Below are positions 1 to 12,009 of a stretch of DNA of 64,000 nucleotides, piece by piece. Under the pieces are notes generated by a model. It ran no database searches and was not told where the DNA came from. It saw nothing but the letters and a program-made list of their open reading frames with translations. Numbering within the stretch: the first letter of the stretch is position 1; each line of letters starts with the position of its first letter. Where the stretch lies: contig JAUCBJ010006713.1 of NCBI GenBank assembly GCA_032718475.1, positions 1-64,000 of the forward strand. Reading direction: 5' to 3'. The translations under genes and the position numbers were made by a program. The stretch is from Nemertoderma westbladi (taxonomy: Eukaryota > Animalia > Xenacoelomorpha).

Positions 1-1702
1 GGAAATAAAACCGACAGAAATAGGTAAAATCTCAATAAAAATTCAGGGCTGCAGTCCCTGATTAAGTACTAAGACCTACCAGTATACAATAATCAAATCG
101 AATAATACTAAATGTACTTGTACAGCAGTACCGGTACCGGTGATGACAGTTAGGCCTACTGACCTACAAAGTACCGGTTCAGTTTTACCAGTCACTACGG
201 TAGTTTGCAACCTTATTGCCTACTGCAATAAGATTATAAACTGTTACTGTTCGAAAGAACAGTATTAAACTATATTTAATGCTTACACTGCAATACAAGT
301 AAACTGTTACTGTTCGCGCTTTTGAAGACCTTTAGCAGTTTAACCTGCCAAAATTTATATGTCTTTTCGTTAATTAAAACCACTTTAGCATACGACAATA
401 ATTTATGCTAATACGCAAAACATTAGCCGAAATCAGCCCATGCGCGATCATTCACCCGATGGATCTACACCCGGGAGACTGAATTCGGATGCTTGAATTG
501 TATTATTACAGTGTAAGGTTGTAGTGTATACCTAATGTATTATTCGATAGATCGTTAATAATTAATCTCTGACAGATATTATTGGCTTTCGGGAAATATT
601 AACAGTTCCTTTAGGACGTGGCGCTTTACCTATTTAAACAGAACTAAGACTTATACTAAACGCAACGATACTGCTGCTGATTAAAGTATAAAACGTATTC
701 TTTAGGAAATACTTTGTTACCAATCACAATCATACACACTATTCTGCCGACAGTCAGTATATTTGATCACACATAAAGAGAGCAGTAATTGACTCGCGTA
801 GGGTCTGCTAAATAACATTGGATTCAATACACACCACATTAATATAAATCGCAATTGTTATATATAGCCGGTCTCTCTAACCTGTAGTGTTATCAAGAAA
901 ATTGGGAATTGGGTGATTTATCCGTATTATCCAAATAGCAATATTTCCATCAACAAATATTTACAATTAATAACTGACGGTAAAATAACAGTACAAACAA
1001 TATGATTAATGAGTTAGTGAATGATTAAGTCAGGTGACACCGCCGGTAACAGTTTATACTTTCGATAATTCAAGCAGTTCTGCAGTTCACGGTACAGCAG
1101 TATCTATCCAAAAATGCCGGTGTTTCTGGCTTAGACAGCAATAACAACAAAAGTGACAACTCTCTCTCTCTCTCCCGTCAGAAGGTAACACTCTCCATGA
1201 TTTCCAGGAAAGCTACACGTCGACAGGAAAAACCGCCCTGATTGGCCCAAGCCAAACAAAGAACCACGCTGCCAATGGCTGTTTCCATGTCAGCAACCAG
1301 CTGCTAGATGTCGTAATATGAATCATCACGGCTAAGCTGTGAAAGGTGGTTTGTGCATTACAAGTTTTTGTCTTACCATGTCCGCTAAAACACGTATATA
1401 GCAGAATGATTTTTATGTCCGTTAAAACACCTGTAAAGGTACCTTGCGGGCGAGGGGAATATATATACAGTTAGAAAACCTTTTTTAGAGTATTCCAGCG
1501 CCGGGGGGGGAACTGGCCAGCCAAGGCAAACGTATCAGTTATCCCACAAAAGCTTTTACAGGCAGAATCCCGATTATTATTATTTACCGGAATGCTAATA
1601 GTAATACTCAAATCCGGTATCTGGAAGTTTAGATAGGCCAAATCTTAATGTACCGGTATCTTATGATAATAGGCCAAGTTATGTAGGCTTACCTAACAGC
1701 TG

Positions 1703-3231
1703 GGGTGGGTTGATGGACGCGCTATTAGTGGAAATGCGCTATTAGGATTAAAAGGGCTATTAGCACTAATACAGTAATAGTGCTATTAGTAAATAGCGAC
1801 TTTAAAAAGCGTTGCCTGAAACATTATTAATAGCCCTTTTTACTAATAGGATCATTAGTGCTAATAGGGCTTTAATAGCGCTATTAGTAATTAAATAATA
1901 ATTAATACCATCTCATCACTATAGCTCATCACTATTTCTAGAATTCAAGTTTGAGTATTAAATATTAATTGTAAAAAATAATAAAGGCCCGCAAGTAGTC
2001 CATTCAATCTAGGAAAAGAAGGGGAAAACGTGTAAACAAAAACTAATTTGCTAAAACTAAACTCCTTAACTTAAAACTAAAACTTTTATAACGCAATGAC
2101 AGAGATATACTTTTGCGTTTATAAATTGATTTATTTATTTACATAATTTCATACAAATTATATGTACTGTATGTATTACGGTCCTACAGTATTCGATCTG
2201 CGTTCGAATTAGAAATGTAGAAAATGTGATTAGAAAATAAATTTTTCTGTCACTAAAATGTATGATAGGAAGGAAATATATTTTGGGTCTTATGCTAAAT
2301 ATACGAATGAGACTCTCATTATACTACATACTAACTTAGACATTAAGATGGCGAAAAGAAATAGAAAGCCAGCATGGAATGACAAAGAACGAGCCCGTCT
2401 AGTGGAATGCGTTAGACCACCCCACGTCAATAAATAGTATAATAAAAGTAAAAAGTTGAATTAATAAATAAATATTAATTATGTATTAATTAATCATATC
2501 TCTTAAAATCGTCGCGAATGATATCTGAAATGTCTATAATAGCTGATTTATCAAACCGAAACCTTTGTCACTGAAAACCTCAAATGCAAAAATGGGTTGT
2601 TTTTACTTCTTAATACGCGCTCACGATTTAACTGCATTTGCGTTATGTTGTCAAGCATCAACATCAAATGCACTGTCATAATAAAAAATAAACTTGCTTG
2701 TGTAAGATACCGAAATAAAAACATTAAATAATACGAAATAATATATTTCTAGAATCTAATTAGTGTAATATACCGCCATGGAGTCAACCCTCTACGTTTT
2801 TTGGACTTCGTAGCTTTAAGTCACTTTTAGTGATCATTATAACTTCTAATATTGGTTCTAGTATAGGCCTAGTAAGATTATTCTAGAATATATTTGACAT
2901 TAAACATTGATGTATTCATTGTTCTAGAACAAATGTGGCCACAAAAAATTACACGATATTAATGATGTTATGGTACAAAAATATATAATGCATTATTGTT
3001 ATAGCCTTTAATAGCAATTAAAAGATGCTTCGAAGTAATTTTTAACCCCTATTAGTGGCTCCATAGAAAATAATTGTCTTACTAAAAGCGCTTTTATCAG
3101 TTTAGCAGACTAAAAGTGCTTTTAGGTTAAAAGGGTGTCAAGCAACCTTATTAAGCTAATAGCGTTATTTAAAGTTTTTTAAAAGCGCTTTTAACTAATA
3201 GGGTTTAAGTAGGGCGTCCAGCAACCCACCC
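1703..3231. mobile_element. Non-autonomous PIF/Harbinger-like DNA transposon
   Basis: TIRs GGGTGGGTTGATGGACGC (1703) / GCGTCCAGCAACCCACCC (to 3231), 17/18 match; 3-bp TSD CTG (1700-1702, 3232-3234); subterminal (gc)tattag/ctaatag motifs; internal Myb/SANT-like remnant. Confidence 0.75.
2348..2437 (+). pseudogene. Remnant N-terminus of Harbinger Myb/SANT-like DNA-binding ORF
   Basis: Hand translation MAKRNRKPAWNDKERARLVECVRPPHVNK* resembles the RxxxF/WxxxExxxLVxxV start of Myb/SANT-like domains; lies inside the Harbinger-like TIRs. Confidence 0.5.
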
Positions 3232-3422
3232 CTGAACTGCTGGATGCCTACTGTTCAGCTGGTAATCATACATGTAGCCCTGCTGATGTCGGTCAAAATC
3301 AACATCAGTCTATACTATAAACCACCCTATACCATCCGAATTAAATCAAAATATCGGTATCCAATATGAACCTACATGAATCCTACATGTTATGAATTGA
3401 ATTCTCCTACATGAATGAGACA

Positions 3423-3572
3423 TTTTATTTCGATCGCGATCTGTCTGCTTTTGAAAGAGAAAGAGCATTCAAAGCCCGCCAACGGAGACGTGAATTGCGT
3501 TTGAGACACCAACAACAATGCACAACCAGCAATGCAACGGCTGATTGTGACACGGCTTCGGCATTGGATTGA
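3423..3572 (+). pseudogene. LINE ORF1 C-terminal remnant
   Basis: FYFDRDLSAFERERAFKARQRRRELR...LD* resembles the 'xDLT/SxxERxxxxxxRxxRR' ORF1 tail of CR1/L2-group LINEs; ends 6 nt before the ORF2 ATG. Confidence 0.6.
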
Positions 3573-3578
3573 CCATCA

Positions 3579-6500
3579 ATGCTGAGGGCATTACCCGTGC
3601 CCACACGAATCCTGACAGTGTCGCCTGGGCCTATGCAGACCCGGGCAGCAACCCCAGCACCCACACCCACACGGACCATGACAGTGTTGCCCACGCCCAT
3701 GCGGAACCGGGCAGCAGCCTCAGCGCCCACACGGACCCTGACAGTGTCGCCTGCGCCCATACGGACCCTGGCAGCAGCCCCAGCGCCCATACGAACCCCG
3801 ACAGTGTCGCCCGGGCCTAGGCGGACCTGGGCAGCAGCCCCAGCGCTCTCACAGACCCTGACAGTGTTGACCGCGCCCATGCGGACCTGGACAGCAACCA
3901 CTGCGCCCACACGAACCCCGACAGTGTCGCATGCGCCCACGTGGACCAGGGCAGCAGCCCCAGCACACATGCCGCGGATCCAGGCAGCAGCCCCAGTGCC
4001 CACAACAACCCCGCAAGTGTCGCCCAAGCCCATGCGGACCCGGGTAGCAACTGCAGCACCCACACGGGTCCCTGCAGAGTCTTCTACACCAATACAAACC
4101 CACCACGATGATTTCAGGATGTTTAATTGTTCAGGAATGCATATTTCCCACCAAAATATACAAAGCTTATTGCCAAAAATAGACGAACTAAAAATAATCC
4201 TACATGAGGCTCCAATTGATATTTTAACCCTATCAGAGACTTGGCTCGATGATACCATCACCGATGAAGAGATACATATCCCAGGATACAAAGAACCTCT
4301 TCGGCGTGATCGAAACCGCCATGGAGGAGGTGTAGCCATTTATGTTTCTGAAATGTGGAATTACTCTCTGTGTACTGAAATTAATGATAATCTAGATAGT
4401 GAGGAGGGTCTGTTTTGTAAGATATATCTTCCACATACTAAACCCATTCTGATTGGATCTGTTTATAACCCACAAGATGCACATGCTAGCACATTCTACC
4501 GCAAATTGGAGACTGCTATTGGAGATACTAAAAACTATAATGAGATTTATGTACTTGGTGATACAAACACAGACACAACTGAAACAAAATGTTCAAAGGG
4601 CAAAAAACAATGTGGATTATCGTGTTCAACATTATCACAACGGACATTCTGCAATTCAATGGGATTTCAACAAATCATTAACAAACCAACCAGAGTAACG
4701 TCAACAACATCTTCCATATTAGACCATATATTTGTATCAAGCAAACAACTAGTATATGGGTCTGGAGTAATACATACGGGACTCAGTGATCATTATATGG
4801 TGTATATGACACGGAAAAGGTCAAAGTTAAAGAAAGCAGTGCATACCTATCGTATGTGTAGGTCTTTTAAAGAGTATACAAAGGAGACAGTCTCTTCAAT
4901 GATTCGATTTAACCATATCATTCAACATATAAGACAAGAAAAGGACGTGGAAAATGTATCTTCAGCTATAGTAAATGTATTGTCGGCAACCCTAGATAAA
5001 GTTGCGCCTAAACGATCTGTGCGGATACGAGTGGACTCACAACCCTGGATCAATCCGGAAATATTGCACAGTATTGCAGCAAAGAATAATGCACTAAAAA
5101 GTTTCCACAGGAATCCAACAAAAGTCAACGAACTGCATTACAAGGAACTTTTATATTCGAATAGATCTACAATTAAAACTGCTAAGTCTAATTACATAAG
5201 AGAGAAACTGAATGCGTATTGCAATGACCCAAAAAAACTCTGGAAGGAATTGAAATCTCTTGGAGGATCCTCGAAAAAAGCGCAGGCCAAAGGAGTTAAT
5301 AGCTTACAAATAGGAGGCAAGCTAGTTACAGACGAACTTGTAATTGCAGAGGAATTCAATAAGTATTTTACTACCATAGCTGATGAACTTGTAAACAGAC
5401 TTCCACCGAGTAAAGGAGTTTATGACCTTGCTGCTGTCAAGAACTATTACAGACACAAAGGCTTCCACAATAATACTTTTAGTTTACATAAGGTTAATAC
5501 AACTGAAATATTAGAAATTTTAAATAACTTGAAAATTGATAAGAGTGCTGGAATTGATGACCTACCGCCCCGATATATTAAAGACATTGCAAAGGATATA
5601 GCTGAACCCCTGACACACCTGATTAATGAATCAATTGACACATCAACATACCCCTCCTTATTTAAATTGGCCAAGGTAATACCAAGTTACAAAGCGGAAA
5701 CAAAGTTGGATAAAGAGAATTACAGACCTCTGTCACTCCTAACAATCTTATCAAAGGTCATTGACCAACCAATATACCTACAGGTCTATAATTACGTTGA
5801 AACTTATAAAATATTAGACCCCCTACAATCAGGATACAGGAAAGGATTTTCAGTGGAGACCTGCATGATGTATCTCAATAACTATATTAAAGAAGCTGTA
5901 GAAGAAGGCAAAGTAACAGGAGTGGTATTCATAGACCTTCGGAAAGCGTTTGACACGGTGGATCATGATATACTCCTCTCAAAGCTGAGTTTCATTGGTT
6001 TCTCGGACCCAACAGTTGCATGGTTTAAGTCATACCTGAGTGGTCGGCGTCAAGTTGTCTGTATCAGAGGTACACTCTCGTCTGTCAGAGAGCTAATAAA
6101 GCGGGGTGTCCCGCAGGGTGGAATACTGTCGGTTCTTTTATTCTTGATATATGTGAATGATCTAGACATAGTCTTAACCTCTCCCACGGATGTAAAGCGG
6201 TCATTGAAAGAGCCCAATGGTGACCATTCACGTACAGATGCAATATCCTCTGATGCATGTGTATCTCTAAAGCTAGCTGATGACTCAAACTTACTAGCCA
6301 AACATGACAATGCAGGAGCCTTATCTGTTGTGCTTTCTAGGACGTTGATCAACATTTATAACTGGGCGACAGACAACAGGTTAAGCTTAAATTTCAAAAA
6401 AACAAAATCTATCATATTCGGAACACATCAACGACTGGCAACAAGTGATGAGTTAAACGTTGTATGTAATACTATTCAAATAGAACAAGTGAAAACCATC

Positions 6501-7117
6501 AAATATCTTGGCTGTCACCTTGATATGGATCTATCTGGAAATTCCATGGCAACGCAAGTTATAAAAAGGGTAACAAAAACCTCAGATTTCTATACAGACA
6601 GGGGGCTGTTCTGAAGTCAGGCTTCAGGGGGGCCAACTATGTAATACAATTATCCAACCGCATCTAGACTGTTGCCTCGTGCTGGTATCCAAGTACATCG
6701 AAGAGATTGAGAGACCAGCTACAAGCATTACAACGTAAATGTTTACATAGTCGAACTCATATATCTAGCGAACATTACAACGAATTATCATGGTTACCTA
6801 TAGAATGGCGCATAAAGCAGCTCATAGCATCTCATATGTACCGGATCACGCGGACCCTATCACCCCCATACTTATCCTCACTCGTGCAATTCAACTCGAT
6901 CTCCATGAACCTCCGTGGCGGCAGCACACACGCAGTCGTCCTATCGCGGCACACGGCAACGGGCTGTGAGTGCTTCTCATATATGGGTCCATCCATATGG
7001 AACGCGCTGCCACCAGACATACGTAATGCCCTTTCTGTAGAGTCTTTTAAGCACCAGGTTAAACAACACTTTTTGAGTCAAGTAGTGCAGTATGAACATT
7101 CAATCTGGCAATTGTAA
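3579..7117 (+). pseudogene. LINE ORF2 (AP endonuclease + reverse transcriptase), frameshifted near 6580-6700
   Basis: APE motifs HQNIQSL, LSETWL, GGGVAIYV, LGDTN, LDHIF, SDHY; RT motifs NYRPLSLL, DLRKAFDTVDH, GVPQG, LADD, KYLG; C-terminus (LSWLPI...WNALP) continues in ORF 6707-7117. Confidence 0.9.
3590..4075 (+). repeat. GC-rich ~60-bp (2x30) tandem repeat encoding Pro/Thr/Ala/Arg-rich ORF2 N-extension
   Basis: About 8 copies of CCCACACGGACCCTGACAGTGTCGCC...GGCAGCAGCCCCAGCG. Confidence 0.85.
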
Positions 7118-8224
7118 ATATTATTCAGTTATTCGGCAGTTTTATCAGTGATCTACACAGAATGTATTTGTCTGACATTTCAAAAATTTATTTTTATTTT
7201 TTAGTTCAATTGTAATTTATTAACATATTTAGCGTTGCAAATAATATAGATACTGCAGTCACCAGACGGTTTTTTTTAGCCAAATTGTAATGTTTTCTTA
7301 TTTATTTTATTAATTTTGGATTCGGTATGGGGTTTTAAGATACTGTGGATTAAATACATTAACTATTTTCCAGTCTGAATGCTTGGTGCTTATTTTATTT
7401 TATTTTATTAATTTATATTTATTTTAATTGAACTTACTTCTAGGTTTTGGTGTTCCATATTCGCCTGTTTCACTCTTTTTTTCTATCGCGCCAATTTTTA
7501 GTCTAAATAATTAATTTTACTTCATGTGTTGTCTATCGCGCACTTTTTAACACTAATTTTAATTCACTTTTTTATATTGTACGCATTCTTAAATATTTAA
7601 TTTTAATTTATAAATAAATTTATGTAATTCCTACTTATACCCTCAAAATGTTGTGATTTTATTTACTGCACATACAGGACTTCCCACTATGTTTAATACC
7701 CGATTGTTCTTAAGCTAATATTTACTAGCTAGTTGTAATACCATTCGGATATTTTATCAAATTAATTTGTTATTTTTAAGTAATTTACACGCTGCGCTCA
7801 CTTTAATGCTGTGCTTTTTAAAGGGACCTCCATGGAAACGAGGTTTATCCTCATGGAGCTATCCCTAACATTGTATGTCTACAAGATAATCTATATTTTA
7901 TTTATGAACTATGCACTAGGCACTATTTCTTTTTTTAAATTATAATATTATCTAGTCGATTCCAAATTATGCCGGTTATTAGTGTATTATGTTATGTTTT
8001 ATATGTCTTACATTTTATATGGCTTATGTACAATGTTAATAAAAAAACTTCAAACTTCAAACTTCAACCAAGGTATGGCTATGGGACACCATGGAGCAGT
8101 AGGCCTACCGGTAACCAAAGCCATTTAAACCCCAGAACCGGGAATTTCTACCCGGCCCCATTGGCAGATTGGCGAAGTAGGAATGCCAGATGGCCAATAT
8201 AAATACAAAAACCGTAGCGAAGGG

Positions 8225-10200
8225 AGTGAAACTGGTTTCGTTCCACCTATTTGGAAATCGGCTATAGTTACCCCTTTAGTAAAGAAACCCAAACTAGACT
8301 TCTTGGTATTAAACAACAATCGCACAATCAGCGGCCTGCCATTCGTTTCCAAGGTTACAGAACGAGCAGTCCTCTCTCAAGTTAACCCACACTCTAAGTC
8401 TCATAGCCATCAACACAACCTCCAATCAGCTTACCGCCCTAATCACAGCACAGAAACAGCCCTTCTAAAGGTTCAATCCGACATTTTAAAAAACATGGAC
8501 AACCAATCGGTAACACTTTTAGTACTACTGGACCTAAGTGCAGCTTTTGACACCGTCGACCATACAAGATTACTTAACCTATTAAACTCGAATTGTGGTA
8601 ACTGTGGTTATTGCTATGATTGGTTCAAATCGTTCCTATCCAGACGCACGCAACGAGTTTCTTTTAATGGTGCTCTATCACATTCAAAAGACTTGGGTTT
8701 TGGCTTCCCCCTACTACTACTACTAGGATCGGCATGCTGCTTTGCAGCTGCATTATTAAGAATGCTGTGCCGGCTTGTCAACAAAATTGCACCGCCACAA
8801 CTCCCTATCACCCATGACATTTGCTCGATCATCCGCATCTTCAAGGCCAGTGTCCTTTAAGATGCGTCTCAAGAAAGTCATGGGCTGTCCACCATGCTTA
8901 TTCACTCCATGAGGCTGCCAAAGTACAAGATTATGCACTGGCTGGTCCTCACGGCGAAAGCAATGTCCTGCAAAGCGGAGGCGATTTTGTTCTATTGTCA
9001 AGCTTGGGAGAACCAATGAGACACCTCCAATGTTATATAGTGTCTGGTTGGAGATGTGTGCATTGTACTTGACACAATGAACCCGGCGTAGCATTCTTGT
9101 GAATGTGCCATCCAGAGATTTGGTGTCCTCAGCAGTTAGAGCCCAGCATGGACTCCCGTTGAGGAGTACTGGAACTACTGCTGCTCTAAATAATCGGACC
9201 TTAAGTTTCCGATTATTTCTCGATGACTTCCAAATCCTGGAAAGCCTATTCAAGGCTGCCCATGCCTTTCCCTTACGTATTCGAAGGTCCACACCTGACT
9301 TCCGGATCCATGATCCCAGGTAACAGAAGTCGTCGACATGCTCAAGCATACCATCCTTTGAGCTTATGCTCATCCGATCAGAGACTTGCTGAGGACTTTC
9401 GAAGTTAACTGTCAAATTTTTTTTTTCCCAGGGTCCCCCCAGGGTTCATGTTCCGCGTGTTATTTATTTTCTCATTACGCTAGTCCAATATTCGAAGTTG
9501 TCGAACGCCACCTGCCAGTCGCTGCGCACGGTTTCGCTGACGATCACCAGATGTACAAAGCCTTCCAGCCAATAGCGGGGTGCGATGAACAGTCGGCCCT
9601 CAATACAATGGCTGATTGTATCAATGACATTCGGAACTGGATGTTAGTAAACAAATTAAAACTTAATGATGACAAAACCGAATTCATAATTATTGGTACA
9701 CGTGCTCAACTCTCCAAAATAAATATAACATCTATTAACGTCGGTACCTTTACAATAAACCATGCGGACTCAGTGAAGAATCTTGGAGCCTGGTTTGACT
9801 CATATGACTATGGGGAAATTCATAAACAAAACCTGCAGCGCCGCGTTTTATCATCTTCATAATATTCGATCAATTCGGCAGTTCCTCGATACTAAATCCG
9901 CCAACACTATTGTCCACGATCTCATAACCAGTCGATTGGACTATTGCAACAGTTTACTTTATAACGCCTTTTACTTTAATACTTTTTTAACCAACTCCAT
10001 AAACTTCAGCGAGTCCAGAATGCCGCTGCTCGCCTAATAAGGTCAGTGGCAAAATTCGACCATATTACACCGACTCTATGAGAGTTACACTGGTTGCCAG
10101 TCAAGCTACGCACCGCATATAAAATTATCTTAGCTAACTTTCAAAGCCCTCAATAACCGAGCGCTGGTCTACATAACGGAAATGATCACGCTGCAGCACC
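8225..10200 (+). mobile_element. L2-clade LINE RT fragment, degenerate, interrupted by RTE
   Basis: WKSAIVTPLVKKP, QSAYRPNHSTETAL, LLDLSAAFDTVDH, then after the insert PQGS, FADD, KLNDDKTEF, SRLDYCNSLL, LHWLPV. Confidence 0.85.
8711..9415 (-). mobile_element. RTE-clade LINE 3' fragment
   Basis: FCYLGS, RIRKGKAWAA, LRFAGHCFR, DRELWR; (TAG)n tail at 8711-8726; a related copy lies at 62481-62748. Confidence 0.85.
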
Positions 10201-11237
10201 ATGACGTCACCTTCAAAGCAGAACCCCCTAAGTCGATTTTTGATGTTCTGAGATAATCGATAAAAACTGTTTATTTTTTAGAGAGATGCCTCAGTTTACT
10301 TGTTATTGTGTTTTTTGACAACTAAATATATATAGAATTCATATAACTAAACTTTCAATTTGATTTAGAATCACCTTTGAAATATATAGCGGTTTTTTTG
10401 TAAAAATCCTGACTGTGACTGGGTGTTTTGCCAAAACAAGGGGGAACACCATTTTCTGGTATTATCCCGATAGGGATATCCTAATACGATAGTTGCGGGG
10501 TATTGCCTAGAAAACAAGTTATCCTCAATTTGGCAAAACACCATAAGTCCGATTTTTTTTACAAAAAACACGCAAAATATATCAAATTATAGCCAAGGCG
10601 TATCGTGCGTCCTTAATTATTTAGTGCGTAGCGCGCACGTAATATATGTGCGCATTTGTTATTAGCTAATACGTGCTATCTAACATGTTAACTAGCACAT
10701 GATCAGGTGTTAGTATTACCTGTGAACGCAATAATAACAAATAAGCACATACAATACAGCTAACACACTTACGCACATGTTGGAAATTTTTGAGTTCAAA
10801 ATTGTAAAGGGCTCCATAAGTTTTTGATATTTTGGTATTAATTGCTTCTAAAATAAGTACGGGACTGTAGTTAGAATCATGTATCAATACAAATTGAACA
10901 AAATGTAGACAAATGCAGAACTATAAGAACAAAATTTAGATTCAAGCAAGCGGAACTCTAAGTACAAAATATAGCCATGGGTGGTAATCTACAGTAAGAA
11001 CAAAGTCTAGCTACGTCATGACGAATAATTAAAGACTGTTTTTTCTACAGTACGTGGCAACATTTTAACAAACTTGGTGAGCATGTCAAGTTGCCGATCA
11101 AGTTGCTCTATGTAAACGTGAAGTTTGTTACTGTAAAATATGCCTCATATACCGGAGACTAAAAGTTAATGTTACTCAAATAAAGTTGCTTGTTTCTGAC
11201 CAAGTTGTCCATAACGTCCGGAACCCCATAGCAACTT

Positions 11238-11491
11238 GAACACAAACATTAAATGAGGGACAGATATTTATCAGCGCCACCAACATTAATGTGGGACAAA
11301 CATTAATCAGGGGGACTAACATTAATGTGGGACATAAACATTGATGTGGGACACAAACATTAATGAGGGACACAAACATTAATGAGGTACACTAACATTA
11401 ATGAGGGACACAAACATTAATGAGGTACACTAACATTAATGAGGGACACAAACATTAATGACGTACACAAACATTAATGAGGGACACAAAC
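11238..11491. repeat. 21-bp minisatellite (ACAAACATTAATGAGGGACAC-type)
   Basis: About 12 tandem units; reverse complement of the array at 21328-21975. Confidence 0.9.
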
Positions 11492-12009
11492 GTTTCTAGT
11501 TTCCGAAAATACACCCTTTGTGATTCGGTCGCAAATGGCAACAAAGTTCCAAGTGTACTTGTTGTCCATATTTAGTTGTCTGAAGTATTCCCGAACAACG
11601 ATTACTCCAGTGTTCTGTAGAAGGTCTTGAGCGGTCAATATGAGCTCCTGATATTGTGGCAACGACTGTAGATACGGCTCATACGCAACGTGTGATGGGT
11701 CTACTGCCCAAAATCCATATCCCGCCTTAAATGGAAACCAACGCATCTGCGCTTGGATGTGGTAATCAGCCACACCTTCCCACTTATCTAGCATCTCCCG
11801 AAGTAGGTTAGCGCTATGGTTTTGGAAGGAATCATCTCGTAGTTGGCATCTCGCGCTACGATGTCCCTTTACTCCACAATATCCACATTGAGAAATGAAG
11901 ACGGTGCACGTGTGAAACGAATGGTCGGTCGGTCTCATTGCAGGTGAAAGTTGTGCGGCAGCACAAGGCACAATCAAAAATCGTGCGACGCGGTAGTGGA
12001 GGCGGTGCA

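Larger units (their letters stand above)
3423..8067 (+). mobile_element. 5'-truncated CR1/L2-group LINE (Crack/Daphne-like)
   Basis: ORF1 C-terminal remnant, APE-RT ORF2, ~950-bp 3' UTR with stem-loop at 7822-7866, AATAAA at 8038 and (AACTTCA)n tail ending ~8067. Confidence 0.85.

Noticed and set aside
1-1500. Possible LTR or promoter fragment (CCAAT and GC-box motifs at ~1230-1280, small hairpin ~1440)
   Set aside because: No partner repeat, ORF or defined termini within the window.
3425-4339. 304-aa antisense ORF
   Set aside because: Shadow of the GC-rich repeat and LINE ORF2; no independent motifs.
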